Assembly (NCBI GenBank): GCA_046331705.1
Contig: JAXLQJ010000022.1
Location: forward strand, 1-64,000
DNA: 64,000 nt
Reading direction: 5' to 3'
From: a bacterium
Lineage (GTDB): Bacteria > JADJOY01
In this document: positions 7,679 through 17,021 of the stretch, piece after piece
Layout of the letters: each line of letters opens with the position of its first letter
How positions within the stretch are numbered: position 1 is the stretch's first letter
The notes under the pieces: model-generated
What the model was told of the DNA's origin: nothing
What the model saw: the letters and a program-made list of their open reading frames with translations, nothing else
The model's database searches: none
Made by a program: the position numbers and the translations under genes

Positions 7679-10093
7679 TTACCGGTTCGGATGGCGGTGC
7701 CGCAGATCGCCGAGAACGTGTTCGAGTGCGGGATCGCGGTTGGCGAGCCAGTCGCGGGACGTGAGCGGATGGCGCCAGGCGGGCGCGAGCGTTCGCACCT
7801 CGAGATCGTATTGGTCGCCGTAGCACGCCGGTTGACCGCTGCAGCCGTGGACGATGTCCCAGAGGCCCGTGTTGATCGAGAAGCAGACCTTCGCGCGCGG
7901 TGCGCACACGTGCGTGCCCTCGGACCACCAACGGGTCCGGTCGCCGACCTCGTCGCCGACGATGACGACTTTCTCGCCGCCGTCGTGGGCGAGCGCCGCG
8001 GCACTCGCGATTCCCGCCGAGAACGTGTAGTTGCCGACCAGGAGGTAGATCTCGCCTCGCACGGAGTCGGCGATCAGGCGCATCAGCCCCCGGTTCTGGG
8101 TGTTGTCGCCACCGGTGTCGAAGCGTAGGTCGACGACCATGTCCTCGGGCGGAGCGGTGCGAAGGCGCTCGGCCACGCTGGCGACGAAGGGCGCGATCTT
8201 CGATTCGTTCACGTCCTCGTTGCTTCGAAACTGCACGTAGAGGGCGTCGAATCCGGGAACTGACCGCGCTCGGAAAGGCTCGTCGGGTCGTTGCAGGTAG
8301 AGCGGCGCCGACGCGGGATCGGCCGCCACGCTCCAGCCGCGCTCGACCTCGCCGGACCACGGCTCGGGCAACCAATAGCGCTGCGGCGGCTGGGGAGGCG
8401 GCAGCGCATCCACCGGCACCGCCTCCACGGTGCGCTCGACGATTCGCCCATCGCGAAGCCGCACCCGCAACCGAACCCGGTCGGCGTCTCGCGCCAACCC
8501 GAGCGCATGGAGCGCTTCGGGGCTCTGGAAGATCCAGGTCAGCTGCCAGCGCCGCAGGGCGTCGGTGCCGCCTTGGACCTCGCGCAGTCGCCGCATGAGC
8601 TCGGCGGGCGAGCGGCCCTCGAAGGCGAGAATGGAAGCGCCGAGAAGGTCGCGTGCCTCGGGTGCAGCGCGCGCCACCACGAGCGCATCGACGAACCAGA
8701 TCAGCCGAAGCGGCAATCGCAGCGTCGGGTGCCAGGCGCCCTCGTCGAGGTAGACGCCATCGTGACCGTTGTCGGCGAGCGCGGCGATGCGAGCGAGCGC
8801 CATCGCGAAGCCGGCGTCGTCGAGCGTGGCAGCGTCGTGGCGCAAGCGAGCGAGCCGTGCACGTGCCTCCGCTCGGGCGCGTGCCGGGAAGCCGGGTGCC
8901 ACCGCCACGTAATCGCGCTCGATCACGTCGAGGTCCGCACGGCGTTCGGCACCGACGTCGGCGTTGCCCGTTGCCGAAGCGGCGCTCACCCACAACACAC
9001 GCGGCGGGCAGCGCGAGACCGCGGGCTCGGGCTCGCGGTAAGTCACCAGCTCGACGGGACGGCCCACCCACGCCGCCGCATCCGCGGGGCGATAGAGCTG
9101 CGGAAAGAGGGCACCGCTCGTGCGATCGCCGAGGCGGCTCACGACGACTTCCTGCCCCTGCCGATCGCAGTCGCCGCCCGGCCAGTAGTGCTCCCGGACG
9201 CGGATTGCCGTGCCCGAGTCGAGAGCGATCTCGAGGAGCGGCGTGGAGCCGTCGACGTCGTCGTCGTAGCTCGCCGCGCGAACGGTGCCCGATTGGCGAC
9301 TCGCGACCTCGAGCTGTGGGATCGGGTGCACGCGGCGCTCGGCTCGAGGGCTCGCGAGCCATTTCAGCGGATTGCCCATCCCCCACGTTCGATCGGGGCT
9401 TTCCCACATGTCCCGGCCACGCTCGGCGTCGAACGAGAAGAGCAGCCGCCGCGCGAGCGGGGGTGCCGCGGGCACAGGCTCGAGGTGGCCCGCCGTGGGC
9501 CGGTAGAGCTGCCCGCCGTAGTACATCCCGCCACCGCGCCGGCGGTCGTCGGCCGGATACCAATCGGTGGCGAGCACCGCGCAGCCGGGCGCCGAGGGAA
9601 GCTGCACGAAGGCGCTCGGGCCGAAGTCCTCGACGGCGAACGCCAACGGTCGCATGCCGGGCTCGAACCCACCGACGTAGAGCAAGTCGCTCGACTCCAC
9701 TCCCAGGCCGTTGCTCGACGACCAGTGGTTGGCGATGACCCAGGTGAGCGCGCCGCGCGCGTCGGGAGCGCGGTAGAGCGCGAAATCCGAGGTGTCACCC
9801 AGGTAGCCGAGCGCCGGCCAACGCCAGCGCTCGGTGGTGCCCTCGAGGAAGAGCAGCACTTCGGGGTCGGTGTCCGGCCGCGCCTTGCAGAGGCGATGCG
9901 CGGCATCGACGGCGATGCAGCTCGCGAACGGATAGCCGGGCAGATCCACGGTGACGGGAGGCGGGTAGCGCTTCACCGCGCACGGTCGTGCGCCACGCAG
10001 GGGGTTCGTCGCCGGCTCTGCCGCGCTCGCCACGCGCGCGGCACCCATCGCGGTCACCGCGAGCCACGCAGCGACGAGGGCGCCTCCCTTCAC
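7679..10093 (-). CDS. Secreted two-part protein: unknown N-terminal domain plus S41-peptidase-like C-terminal domain
   Basis: GTGA overlap with the upstream GNAT stop; signal peptide; C-half has DNGH, LPLRL.WF, VVDLRFDTGGD, TFSAG, VIVGDEVG. Confidence 0.6.
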   Translation of the reverse strand: MKGGALVAAWLAVTAMGAARVASAAEPATNPLRGARPCAVKRYPPPVTVDLPGYPFASCIAVDAAHRLCKARPDTDPEVLLFLEGTTERWRWPALGYLGDTSDFALYRAPDARGALTWVIANHWSSSNGLGVESSDLLYVGGFEPGMRPLAFAVEDFGPSAFVQLPSAPGCAVLATDWYPADDRRRGGGMYYGGQLYRPTAGHLEPVPAAPPLARRLLFSFDAERGRDMWESPDRTWGMGNPLKWLASPRAERRVHPIPQLEVASRQSGTVRAASYDDDVDGSTPLLEIALDSGTAIRVREHYWPGGDCDRQGQEVVVSRLGDRTSGALFPQLYRPADAAAWVGRPVELVTYREPEPAVSRCPPRVLWVSAASATGNADVGAERRADLDVIERDYVAVAPGFPARARAEARARLARLRHDAATLDDAGFAMALARIAALADNGHDGVYLDEGAWHPTLRLPLRLIWFVDALVVARAAPEARDLLGASILAFEGRSPAELMRRLREVQGGTDALRRWQLTWIFQSPEALHALGLARDADRVRLRVRLRDGRIVERTVEAVPVDALPPPQPPQRYWLPEPWSGEVERGWSVAADPASAPLYLQRPDEPFRARSVPGFDALYVQFRSNEDVNESKIAPFVASVAERLRTAPPEDMVVDLRFDTGGDNTQNRGLMRLIADSVRGEIYLLVGNYTFSAGIASAAALAHDGGEKVVIVGDEVGDRTRWWSEGTHVCAPRAKVCFSINTGLWDIVHGCSGQPACYGDQYDLEVRTLAPAWRHPLTSRDWLANRDPALEHVLGDLRHRHPNR

Positions 10094-10695
10094 GTCCGCA
10101 GCGTCCAGATCGGCGGTCCACCACCGGGGCTGGGGGCGATCTCTTCGGTGACCTCGAAGCCGAAGCGCCGATAGAACGCGAGGTTCTTCGGGTTGGTGGT
10201 TTCGAGGTAAGTGAAGACGCCGGCTTCGGCGGCGCGCGCGAGCGCTTTCTCGACGAGCGCCGCGCCCACGCCGCGGCCGTGGAAGCTGGGGTCGGCGCCC
10301 AGCACTTGCACGTAGAGGTGCGGCTCGCGTGGATGCCGGTTGGCGATGACGCGCAGCACGCGCGGTCCGGTGACCAGGAAGCGCAGCGGCGGTGGTGCGG
10401 CAGGCGTGGTCGCGAGGAGGGTGAGCAACCGACCGACACGACGCGCCGGCGACGCATGGACGCGACCGGGCGGAACGAGCGCGATGGTTCCCGCGAGGGC
10501 GTCGAGGTGCGCCGCCCAGATCTCGCCGCGCGTCAGGCATTCCTCGAGCGCCGACGCCATGACCAAGCGCAACCAGGCACGGCGCCCGCGCTCGCTCGGA
10601 AGCAGGAAGCGAAACATCGGATCGGCGTCGAACGCACGCCGGAGCACGTAGGCCGCGTCGCCGATTCGCTCCGGGGGCAGCCGTTCGATGCGCAT
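10090..10695 (-). CDS. GNAT family N-acetyltransferase
   Basis: AF..DPMF, LGADPSFHGRGVG (AcCoA motif A), YLET..PKNL.FYRRFGF. Confidence 0.9.
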   Translation of the reverse strand: MRIERLPPERIGDAAYVLRRAFDADPMFRFLLPSERGRRAWLRLVMASALEECLTRGEIWAAHLDALAGTIALVPPGRVHASPARRVGRLLTLLATTPAAPPPLRFLVTGPRVLRVIANRHPREPHLYVQVLGADPSFHGRGVGAALVEKALARAAEAGVFTYLETTNPKNLAFYRRFGFEVTEEIAPSPGGGPPIWTLRT

Positions 10696-10787
10696 CCGCC
10701 GAAGCTACCCGATCGCTCGGCACGCGACGACTGTCTTCGAGGGCGCTGCGCGGGCTCCGACGCGCGTGCGGAGCGCCCCTGAGGCTC

Positions 10788-11588
10788 TCACTCGAGCGGA
10801 TCGCGTCCGAGCGCCGCGACGTGGGCGTCGTACCACTCGGGATGCCAGCGGCGCATCTCGGCGAGAGTCAGCGTGCCGGTGAACACGTCGCTGCGCGGCG
10901 GGAAGAGCACGCGGTAGCCGTGCCACACGATCGACACCGCGACCACCAACCACGCCTCGTGCGAGTGGATGGTCTCGGCGAAGGCAACGACCGTGCCCGG
11001 CTTCACCTCGAGCCCGACGAGCGCGAGCAGCGCCGCGATCCGAAACGGCACGATCGTGGGGACGGCCAGGATCAGGCCCGTGAGCCCCATCGCCGGAACA
11101 CCCCAGAGGATCGCGAGGTAGTGGAGCTTCGAGCGGTAATGCCAGCGTCCGGCACGATGATCGGCGGGCTCGCGTCCCGCGAAGTAGCGCGCGGTGTGGA
11201 GCGCGTCGGCGGCATCGTCGAGGTTGGGCAGCATCGGGATGCCGCGCCACAGCAGGCCGAGCTTGACCCCGAAGCCGCCGGCAGCGGAGCGCATCGCGCG
11301 CACGGCTCGCACGACGACCGGCAACGCGACCACCACGAGGTGGTGGACGAACATCGCCACCAGCACCAGCGCGGCGATGCGGTGGACGTAGCCCAGCACG
11401 TCGGCACCGCCGAGCCTGCGACCCAGCCGGGCAACCGTCTCCGATCGAAGCGAGAAGCCCGACAGCACCAGCGCAACCACACAGCCCGCGAGCGCTTGGT
11501 GGTGCACGCGCAGCACCTTGGGGTAGGTGGTCACGGGACCGCCGCGCCGGAACTCCTCGAGGCGCTCGGGTGTCACGACCTCGCTCAC
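10788..11588 (-). CDS. Inner-membrane diheme cytochrome b (FdnI/CbcL b-domain-like)
   Basis: GTGA overlap start; TM helices with RVHH..., HRIAA, KLHYLAILWG...LTGL, IHSHEAWL...VWH, and FTG.L...EM...HPEW tail. Confidence 0.8.
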   Translation of the reverse strand: MSEVVTPERLEEFRRGGPVTTYPKVLRVHHQALAGCVVALVLSGFSLRSETVARLGRRLGGADVLGYVHRIAALVLVAMFVHHLVVVALPVVVRAVRAMRSAAGGFGVKLGLLWRGIPMLPNLDDAADALHTARYFAGREPADHRAGRWHYRSKLHYLAILWGVPAMGLTGLILAVPTIVPFRIAALLALVGLEVKPGTVVAFAETIHSHEAWLVVAVSIVWHGYRVLFPPRSDVFTGTLTLAEMRRWHPEWYDAHVAALGRDPLE

Positions 11589-13693
11589 TTCGTCGCTCCC
11601 TTGCGCCGGCGCGCCCAGCGCGTGACCCGGCGCAGCGCATCCAGAAGGGCGTCGCCGCCCGCCCAGGCGACCGTACCGACCCCCACCAGCGAGATCGCCA
11701 GATGGACGTGCTGGCGCGGCGTCTTGCCGTGCGGCACCGCGACCACGTGATCGACGAGCGTCACGTAGTTCGCGTCGGCACCCACGTGGCACTTGCCGTT
11801 CGCGGCGCAGGTGGCGGCGCTCTTCGCGGGGTTGAGGCTCGAGTCCGGGTGCGCCGCGTTCAGCACCGCGTGAGCCGTGTGGCAGCTCGCGCAGGTGGCG
11901 GCGTCGCGCTTGCCGAGGCGCAGCTTCTTGGCGTGGATGCTCTCGCGGTAGGTGGCGAGCGGATCGGAGCGATAGGCGACCGCGGTGGCCGCTTCGCCGT
12001 CGCCCGTCGCGCTCACGACGTCCCACGCTCCCGAATGACACGACTCGGTGCAACCCGTCGCGATCCGGGTCCGCGCGACCTGCGAGCCCGCGTCACCGAG
12101 CTTCCGCACGTCGTGGTCACCGTGGCAGGTGGGGCAACCGGGCGCCGCCGCGGAACGCGCGTCGAAGGCCTGCCCGTGGACATCCTGTCGCCAGCTCACG
12201 GCTTCGGGGCGATGGCACGAGCCGCACGCGAGCGACGCCGCCGAGACCTGCGTGACGCGCTCACCCACGCCGCGCAAGCCGGCGCCCGTAGCCGCTCGCG
12301 GCGAGCCGTCGTCCGTCACGGGACGGCCGCGACCGTCGAGCGGCGCCGCGACCCGCTCGCTGCGCGCGATCGACCGATGCGGCGTCTCGGTCACGTCGAC
12401 GTGGCAATCGGTGCACGCGAGCTTGGCGTGTGCGGAGCGGCCCACGACCTCGAGCCCGCGCTCGTGGTCGTGACACGCACGGCACTCTTGGTCGAGCCGA
12501 GCGGCGCGCGCCTCGTCGAAGACGCGCTCGCCGCGAAAGTCCGACTCGTCGTCGAACGGCGAGGACGCGACGGAGCGCGTCCCTGCGGATTCACCATCGA
12601 GGGCGCGCGGTGCGCGGTCACCGGCGAGCGGCACGCGAAAGAGGTTCACGCCGCCGAGCCGAGCGCCGACGAACACCGCCTCGCGAGCATCGGGAGTGAG
12701 CGCGGGTGCGAACGCGGCGCGGCCTTCGGCGGTCACGAGCTCGGCGCGCATCGATCCCGTCTCGACCAGCCACAGCGCGGGCCCGTGGCCGAGATCGCGG
12801 GCGACCAGGAGGTGCCGCCCGGCGGCGTCGACGGGAACCACGCTCCTCCACGCGGCTCGGTCGCGATTCGCCACCTCTTCCGCGCCAGCTGGCGAGCCAT
12901 CCGCGGCGATCGGCACGCGCGTCCAGAGCGAGTACTCGCCGGCCACACGGACGAACGCCAGCGCGCGGCCACCGCTCTCGGTCGCGACGAAGGCGGGCGA
13001 CGCGCGATCGTCGTCGCCGGTCGCGATCGTCTGCGGCGGGCCCCCCTGCGCGGGCACCACTAGCACGCGGGTCGAGACGGTCTGGCCGCGGGCACGGGGC
13101 TCGCGGCGCGCCACCAGCGCGATCGACTCGCCGTCGGGCGACATCACCGGATCGGCCAGCCGCTCGCCGCCGACACCGCCGGCGAAGAGCACCCGGCTCG
13201 TCTCGGCGGTGGCGCCGAGCGCCACCAGCTCGTCGCGATCCTCGCGCGTGGCACGGCGAATCACGATCAGCCGATCGGATCGCGCGCCGCGCGCGATCGC
13301 CGTGATCTCGTGCTCGCTCGACGCTTCCACGAGCGCGCTGGGAGCTGCGTCGGGCGGGAGCGCCGGCGCACCGCCGGCGAGCGGCAACCGCACGAGGCGC
13401 ACTCCGGCGCGGTCTCGTGCCAGCGCCAGCAGGTAGCCATCGTCGCCCACGACCGGCGAGGACCAGGCGGTCGGGCCGACGGTGAGCGCAGTCCAGTCGT
13501 TCGCGGCGCGCGACCTCGAGGACGGAATCGCGACCGCGAGCGCGAGAAGCAACGTCGCCCGCCGCGGACGGCCGAAGCCACGCGCGCCGTAGGGCTGCGA
13601 CGGAGCGCAGCCCGCCAACCGAGCGCGATCCGGACCTGGAGCGATGCCCTCCGTCGCAACCGAAGGAGCCGCTCGATGGTCGATCGCGGGCAT
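11585..13693 (-). CDS. TolB-like beta-propeller fused to multiheme cytochrome c with C-terminal TM anchor
   Basis: PD40-like repeats (DPVMSPDG, SPAF, APALTPD); 5 CXXCH plus CTESCH and CAANGKCH; C-terminal hydrophobic helix followed by basic residues. Start is approximate. Confidence 0.8.
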   Translation of the reverse strand: MPAIDHRAAPSVATEGIAPGPDRARLAGCAPSQPYGARGFGRPRRATLLLALAVAIPSSRSRAANDWTALTVGPTAWSSPVVGDDGYLLALARDRAGVRLVRLPLAGGAPALPPDAAPSALVEASSEHEITAIARGARSDRLIVIRRATREDRDELVALGATAETSRVLFAGGVGGERLADPVMSPDGESIALVARREPRARGQTVSTRVLVVPAQGGPPQTIATGDDDRASPAFVATESGGRALAFVRVAGEYSLWTRVPIAADGSPAGAEEVANRDRAAWRSVVPVDAAGRHLLVARDLGHGPALWLVETGSMRAELVTAEGRAAFAPALTPDAREAVFVGARLGGVNLFRVPLAGDRAPRALDGESAGTRSVASSPFDDESDFRGERVFDEARAARLDQECRACHDHERGLEVVGRSAHAKLACTDCHVDVTETPHRSIARSERVAAPLDGRGRPVTDDGSPRAATGAGLRGVGERVTQVSAASLACGSCHRPEAVSWRQDVHGQAFDARSAAAPGCPTCHGDHDVRKLGDAGSQVARTRIATGCTESCHSGAWDVVSATGDGEAATAVAYRSDPLATYRESIHAKKLRLGKRDAATCASCHTAHAVLNAAHPDSSLNPAKSAATCAANGKCHVGADANYVTLVDHVVAVPHGKTPRQHVHLAISLVGVGTVAWAGGDALLDALRRVTRWARRRKGATK

Positions 13694-13707
13694 CCGGGGG
13701 TTCTTGC

Positions 13708-14400
13708 TCAGCCGCTTCCGCGGGTGGCGCCAGCCGGCAGCGGCGCCCAATCGCCGTGGTCCTTCTTGGCGGGACCTTCGGTGCCGTCCTTCCCCTGGAT
13801 CGTGGGGTGCTGCCACTTGTACCAGCGGGTCAGGAAGTCGGCGTGATAGGTCGGGCTCTCCGGGTTGTGACAGCGGGTGCAGGTCTCGAGCACCTCTTCC
13901 TTGGTCTTGATGTGGCTGAAGCCCACCTCGAGCGCCGCGGCGTACGCCTCCGCGTGCACCTCCTTCTTCTTGTACTTGGAGCCCGGGCCGTGACAGCCCT
14001 CGCACGTCACTCCTTCCTCGCGAGCGTAGAACTTTCCCTGCTGGGCCACGTCGGCTTCACCGGCGGTGGCGTGGCATCTCACGCATCTCACGTCGGTGGT
14101 GGCGTCGGCGATCCCCAGCTTGGCGGCGATCTCCTTCGATTGAGCGTTGGCCAAGGTCTTCATGGCCGTGGCGTGCGGGGACTTCTCCCACAGCTCGTAA
14201 ACGTTGTCGTAATAGTCCCGCTTGGTCATCGAGTGGCATTTCTTGCAGACGTAGACCCCTTCGTACTGAAGCGGCTCGCCCGCGCCAGCGCTCGTCACGG
14301 GTACCGCGCTCGCGAGCACGAGCGCGATCCCCAACCACCATCCGATTCGCGACATTCCGGCCGTCCCGTTCACACACGCCCCCTCTTCGTCGACGTTCAT
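13708..14400 (-). CDS. Tetraheme cytochrome c554-family protein
   Basis: Signal peptide; Y.G...CKKCH, W.KSPHA.A, CVRCH, EGVTCEGCHGPGS.Y, CTRCH. ATGA overlap at 14400; alternative start 14355. Confidence 0.85.
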   Translation of the reverse strand: MNVDEEGACVNGTAGMSRIGWWLGIALVLASAVPVTSAGAGEPLQYEGVYVCKKCHSMTKRDYYDNVYELWEKSPHATAMKTLANAQSKEIAAKLGIADATTDVRCVRCHATAGEADVAQQGKFYAREEGVTCEGCHGPGSKYKKKEVHAEAYAAALEVGFSHIKTKEEVLETCTRCHNPESPTYHADFLTRWYKWQHPTIQGKDGTEGPAKKDHGDWAPLPAGATRGSG

Positions 14401-15419
14401 CGCTCGTGGCACGCGGCGCACGTGGCGCCGAATTCGTGGCAGGTGAGACAGGCGCGCACGTTGGTGCGCGCGAAACGCTGATGTCCGTCCCCGGGGAACT
14501 GGAAGCGCGGGAACGAATGGCTGCGCGGCGGGATCGCGTGGCAGGCCTCGCAGAACTCGGCCTCGTGGCAGGTGGCGCAGCGGCGTCGGTCGTGCTGGGC
14601 GAAGCGCCCGTGAAGCGATTGGTCCCAGCGCGCGACGTGGCTGCGCGGCCGCATCGTGGTGTGGCAGGAAACACAGAACTCGGTGGCGGCCAGACCGGAC
14701 TCGGGAAACGCGAGCCGGCGCGATCCTTCGTGGCACCAATGGCAGTTGGCGGCGGCGCGCTCCGCCTCGAAGCCGTGGGATTCGAGCCAACCGGCGCCGC
14801 GATGCGAGGGCGGGCGAACGTCGGGACGGCGCTGCTCGTGGCACGTGGCGCAATCGCTGGGCGCGCCCTCGGCGGCGTGACAGGTCATGCACGCCTCCAT
14901 CGAGAGCGGATACGTGAAGACCGACCGTTTCACCGCGCCGAACTTGGGGTTGTCGATCGGCAACGTGTGGCAACGCTGGCAATCGATGGGCTCGCCGACG
15001 CCATTCTTGGTGTGGTCGGCGTGCCGGAACTTCACGTCCTGGAAGACGTGCGGCTTCCAGATGACCTCGCCGGTCTCGGCGGTGTGGCATTCCTTGCAGA
15101 AGCGATTGGGGCTCGCCTTCGCTTCCTCGATGGGCACGGCCACGTCGTGGCAGCCGCCGTCCTTGCCGTAGCAACCGGTGGCGCCTTGGTGCGAGGGGCG
15201 CGTGTACTCGCGACCGTCGGCGTCGAGCGCGTGGCACGCGACGCATCGGTCGTAGCCGGGCTCGTCCTTGATCTGGTCGGGGTGCTCGCCATGGGAGAAG
15301 TGCAGCCCCGTGTCGTAGCCGAATCCGAGACAGCCGCCCGCGACCAGCATCGCCGCCGCCGCGATCCCGACGACGGCACGGGTCCATGCCGCGCGGCGCA
15401 CACGTTCGAGTTGGCTCAT
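14397..15419 (-). CDS. Multiheme (about 12) cytochrome c lipoprotein, c3/c7-like
   Basis: Lipobox-like AGGC; 11 CXXCH plus CYGKDGGCH; FSH..H and FRH..H distal-ligand motifs. Confidence 0.9.
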   Translation of the reverse strand: MSQLERVRRAAWTRAVVGIAAAAMLVAGGCLGFGYDTGLHFSHGEHPDQIKDEPGYDRCVACHALDADGREYTRPSHQGATGCYGKDGGCHDVAVPIEEAKASPNRFCKECHTAETGEVIWKPHVFQDVKFRHADHTKNGVGEPIDCQRCHTLPIDNPKFGAVKRSVFTYPLSMEACMTCHAAEGAPSDCATCHEQRRPDVRPPSHRGAGWLESHGFEAERAAANCHWCHEGSRRLAFPESGLAATEFCVSCHTTMRPRSHVARWDQSLHGRFAQHDRRRCATCHEAEFCEACHAIPPRSHSFPRFQFPGDGHQRFARTNVRACLTCHEFGATCAACHER

Positions 15420-15434
15420 GGCTCGCGAATCGCC

Positions 15435-17021
15435 TCAGAAATGCACCGTCGCGTCCACGAAGAGCTGCTGGACGCGGCTCAGATCGGGAAGGACGGTCGG
15501 GAACTCGTCGGCGGGCACCGTGATCGGTGAGCCCGGATATCGCACCACCAGATCCTTCAGGTAACCGTAGCCCGCGGTGAGCACCATCCGGCTGGGCCAG
15601 CGATAGCGAACGTAGGCCGTCACGTCCCACGACGTGAGATCGTTGCTGGTCGCGAATCGGGTGCGCGACTCGTCGAAGAACCGGTAGCCCGGTCGCACCA
15701 CGAGCAGCAGCCGCGAGCCGAGCGCGCGCAGCGTGGCTTCGCCGAGCACCTCGGTGTAGGCGGTCTCGCCTTCGCCCGTCGTGTCGGAGAGATCGTCGGC
15801 GCCCAGATCGGCGGGGATGTCGGCGCGGAAGATCTCGTGACGCAGCCCGGTGAGCGAGAGATCGAGCGCTTCGATCGGGCCGAGCCCGCGCAGATCCGTG
15901 ACGTAGGCACCGCCGCCCACCTCGACGAAATCCGAGTTGCTCGTCGCAGCGCCGGCACTTCCCTCGAAGACGCGGGCGACCAAGGACGCCGTGAGTCCCA
16001 GCGAAGCCCAGCTCGGTCGCAGCACGGTGACGCTGCCGTCGAGCTGCCATTCGTGAAACGGCGGCAATGGCGGCAAGAGCAGGCGATCGAGCTTGGACGA
16101 GTCGGTGGGGAGCTGGGCGGCGGACGTGAGATCGAAGCGCAGGTCGTCCTCGGCGTCCGCGGCCTTGTAGAGGTACGAGCCGAAGACCGCGGCATCGCGA
16201 CCTTCGAGCCCGCCTTCCCCGGAATCGAACCACGAGGTGTTGAGCGTGAGCTCGCGCAGGCCGGCATCGAGGCTCGTGATCTCGAACGAGCCGTCCCAGG
16301 TATCGGAGAGCTCCTGGAAGACGTAGAGGTTGGCTTCGTTCTTGGCGTAGTAGACGTCGGAGAGCTCGACGCGGGTGTGGCTCGCGGGGCGGAAGATCCA
16401 GCTGCCGCCCGCGACCAGCTCGTCCTCGGGATCCGTGTCGTAGGTGACGCGGCGCCCGGCGAGCGCCAGGAAACGGCCATCGAGCGGCGCCACGAAGGAA
16501 ACCTCGCCGCCGTCGAAATGAAGCGGCTCGACCAAGTAGCGATAGGCGCGCCCGACCCGGACCTCGCCGCTCGCCGGGAAGCCCTGGTAATCGGCCCACC
16601 CTTCGAGGAGCCGCACGTCGCGATTGCCGTCGTAGTGATCGCGGGCGTCGACGAACGGCGAGCCGTCGCCGGTGCCGTCCAGATCCTGCTCGTAGCGCAG
16701 CGTCGCTGCCGCCGAGAGTCCCTCCGTGCCGATGCCGCTCAGGTGGAGCTTGAGATCCTCGAAGAGATCGTCGTCGTGGACCGATGCGTGGGTCGGATCC
16801 TCGGTCGTGCCCCATTCGTGGCGATAACGGCTGCGCAGCGACCCCCACACCTCGGGAGTCGCGAACGCATCGGCGAGCGCCGAGACCGGCACGAGCGTGA
16901 GCGCCAGCATCGAGATGAGCGACGCGAGCGCGAGGCCGACGGCGCGATCGGTGGCGGCACGCGGGCGACGCGCGAACGCCACGGGACGGGCGCTCCGCTG
17001 CCGACGCTCCGCCGGGCTCAT
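15435..17021 (-). CDS. Outer-membrane beta-barrel (porin of a porin-cytochrome complex)
   Basis: ATGA overlap start; signal peptide ending VSALA; amphipathic aromatic-rich strands; terminal LFVDATVHF (BAM-type C-terminal Phe); flanked by multiheme cytochromes. Confidence 0.8.
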   Translation of the reverse strand: MSPAERRQRSARPVAFARRPRAATDRAVGLALASLISMLALTLVPVSALADAFATPEVWGSLRSRYRHEWGTTEDPTHASVHDDDLFEDLKLHLSGIGTEGLSAAATLRYEQDLDGTGDGSPFVDARDHYDGNRDVRLLEGWADYQGFPASGEVRVGRAYRYLVEPLHFDGGEVSFVAPLDGRFLALAGRRVTYDTDPEDELVAGGSWIFRPASHTRVELSDVYYAKNEANLYVFQELSDTWDGSFEITSLDAGLRELTLNTSWFDSGEGGLEGRDAAVFGSYLYKAADAEDDLRFDLTSAAQLPTDSSKLDRLLLPPLPPFHEWQLDGSVTVLRPSWASLGLTASLVARVFEGSAGAATSNSDFVEVGGGAYVTDLRGLGPIEALDLSLTGLRHEIFRADIPADLGADDLSDTTGEGETAYTEVLGEATLRALGSRLLLVVRPGYRFFDESRTRFATSNDLTSWDVTAYVRYRWPSRMVLTAGYGYLKDLVVRYPGSPITVPADEFPTVLPDLSRVQQLFVDATVHF

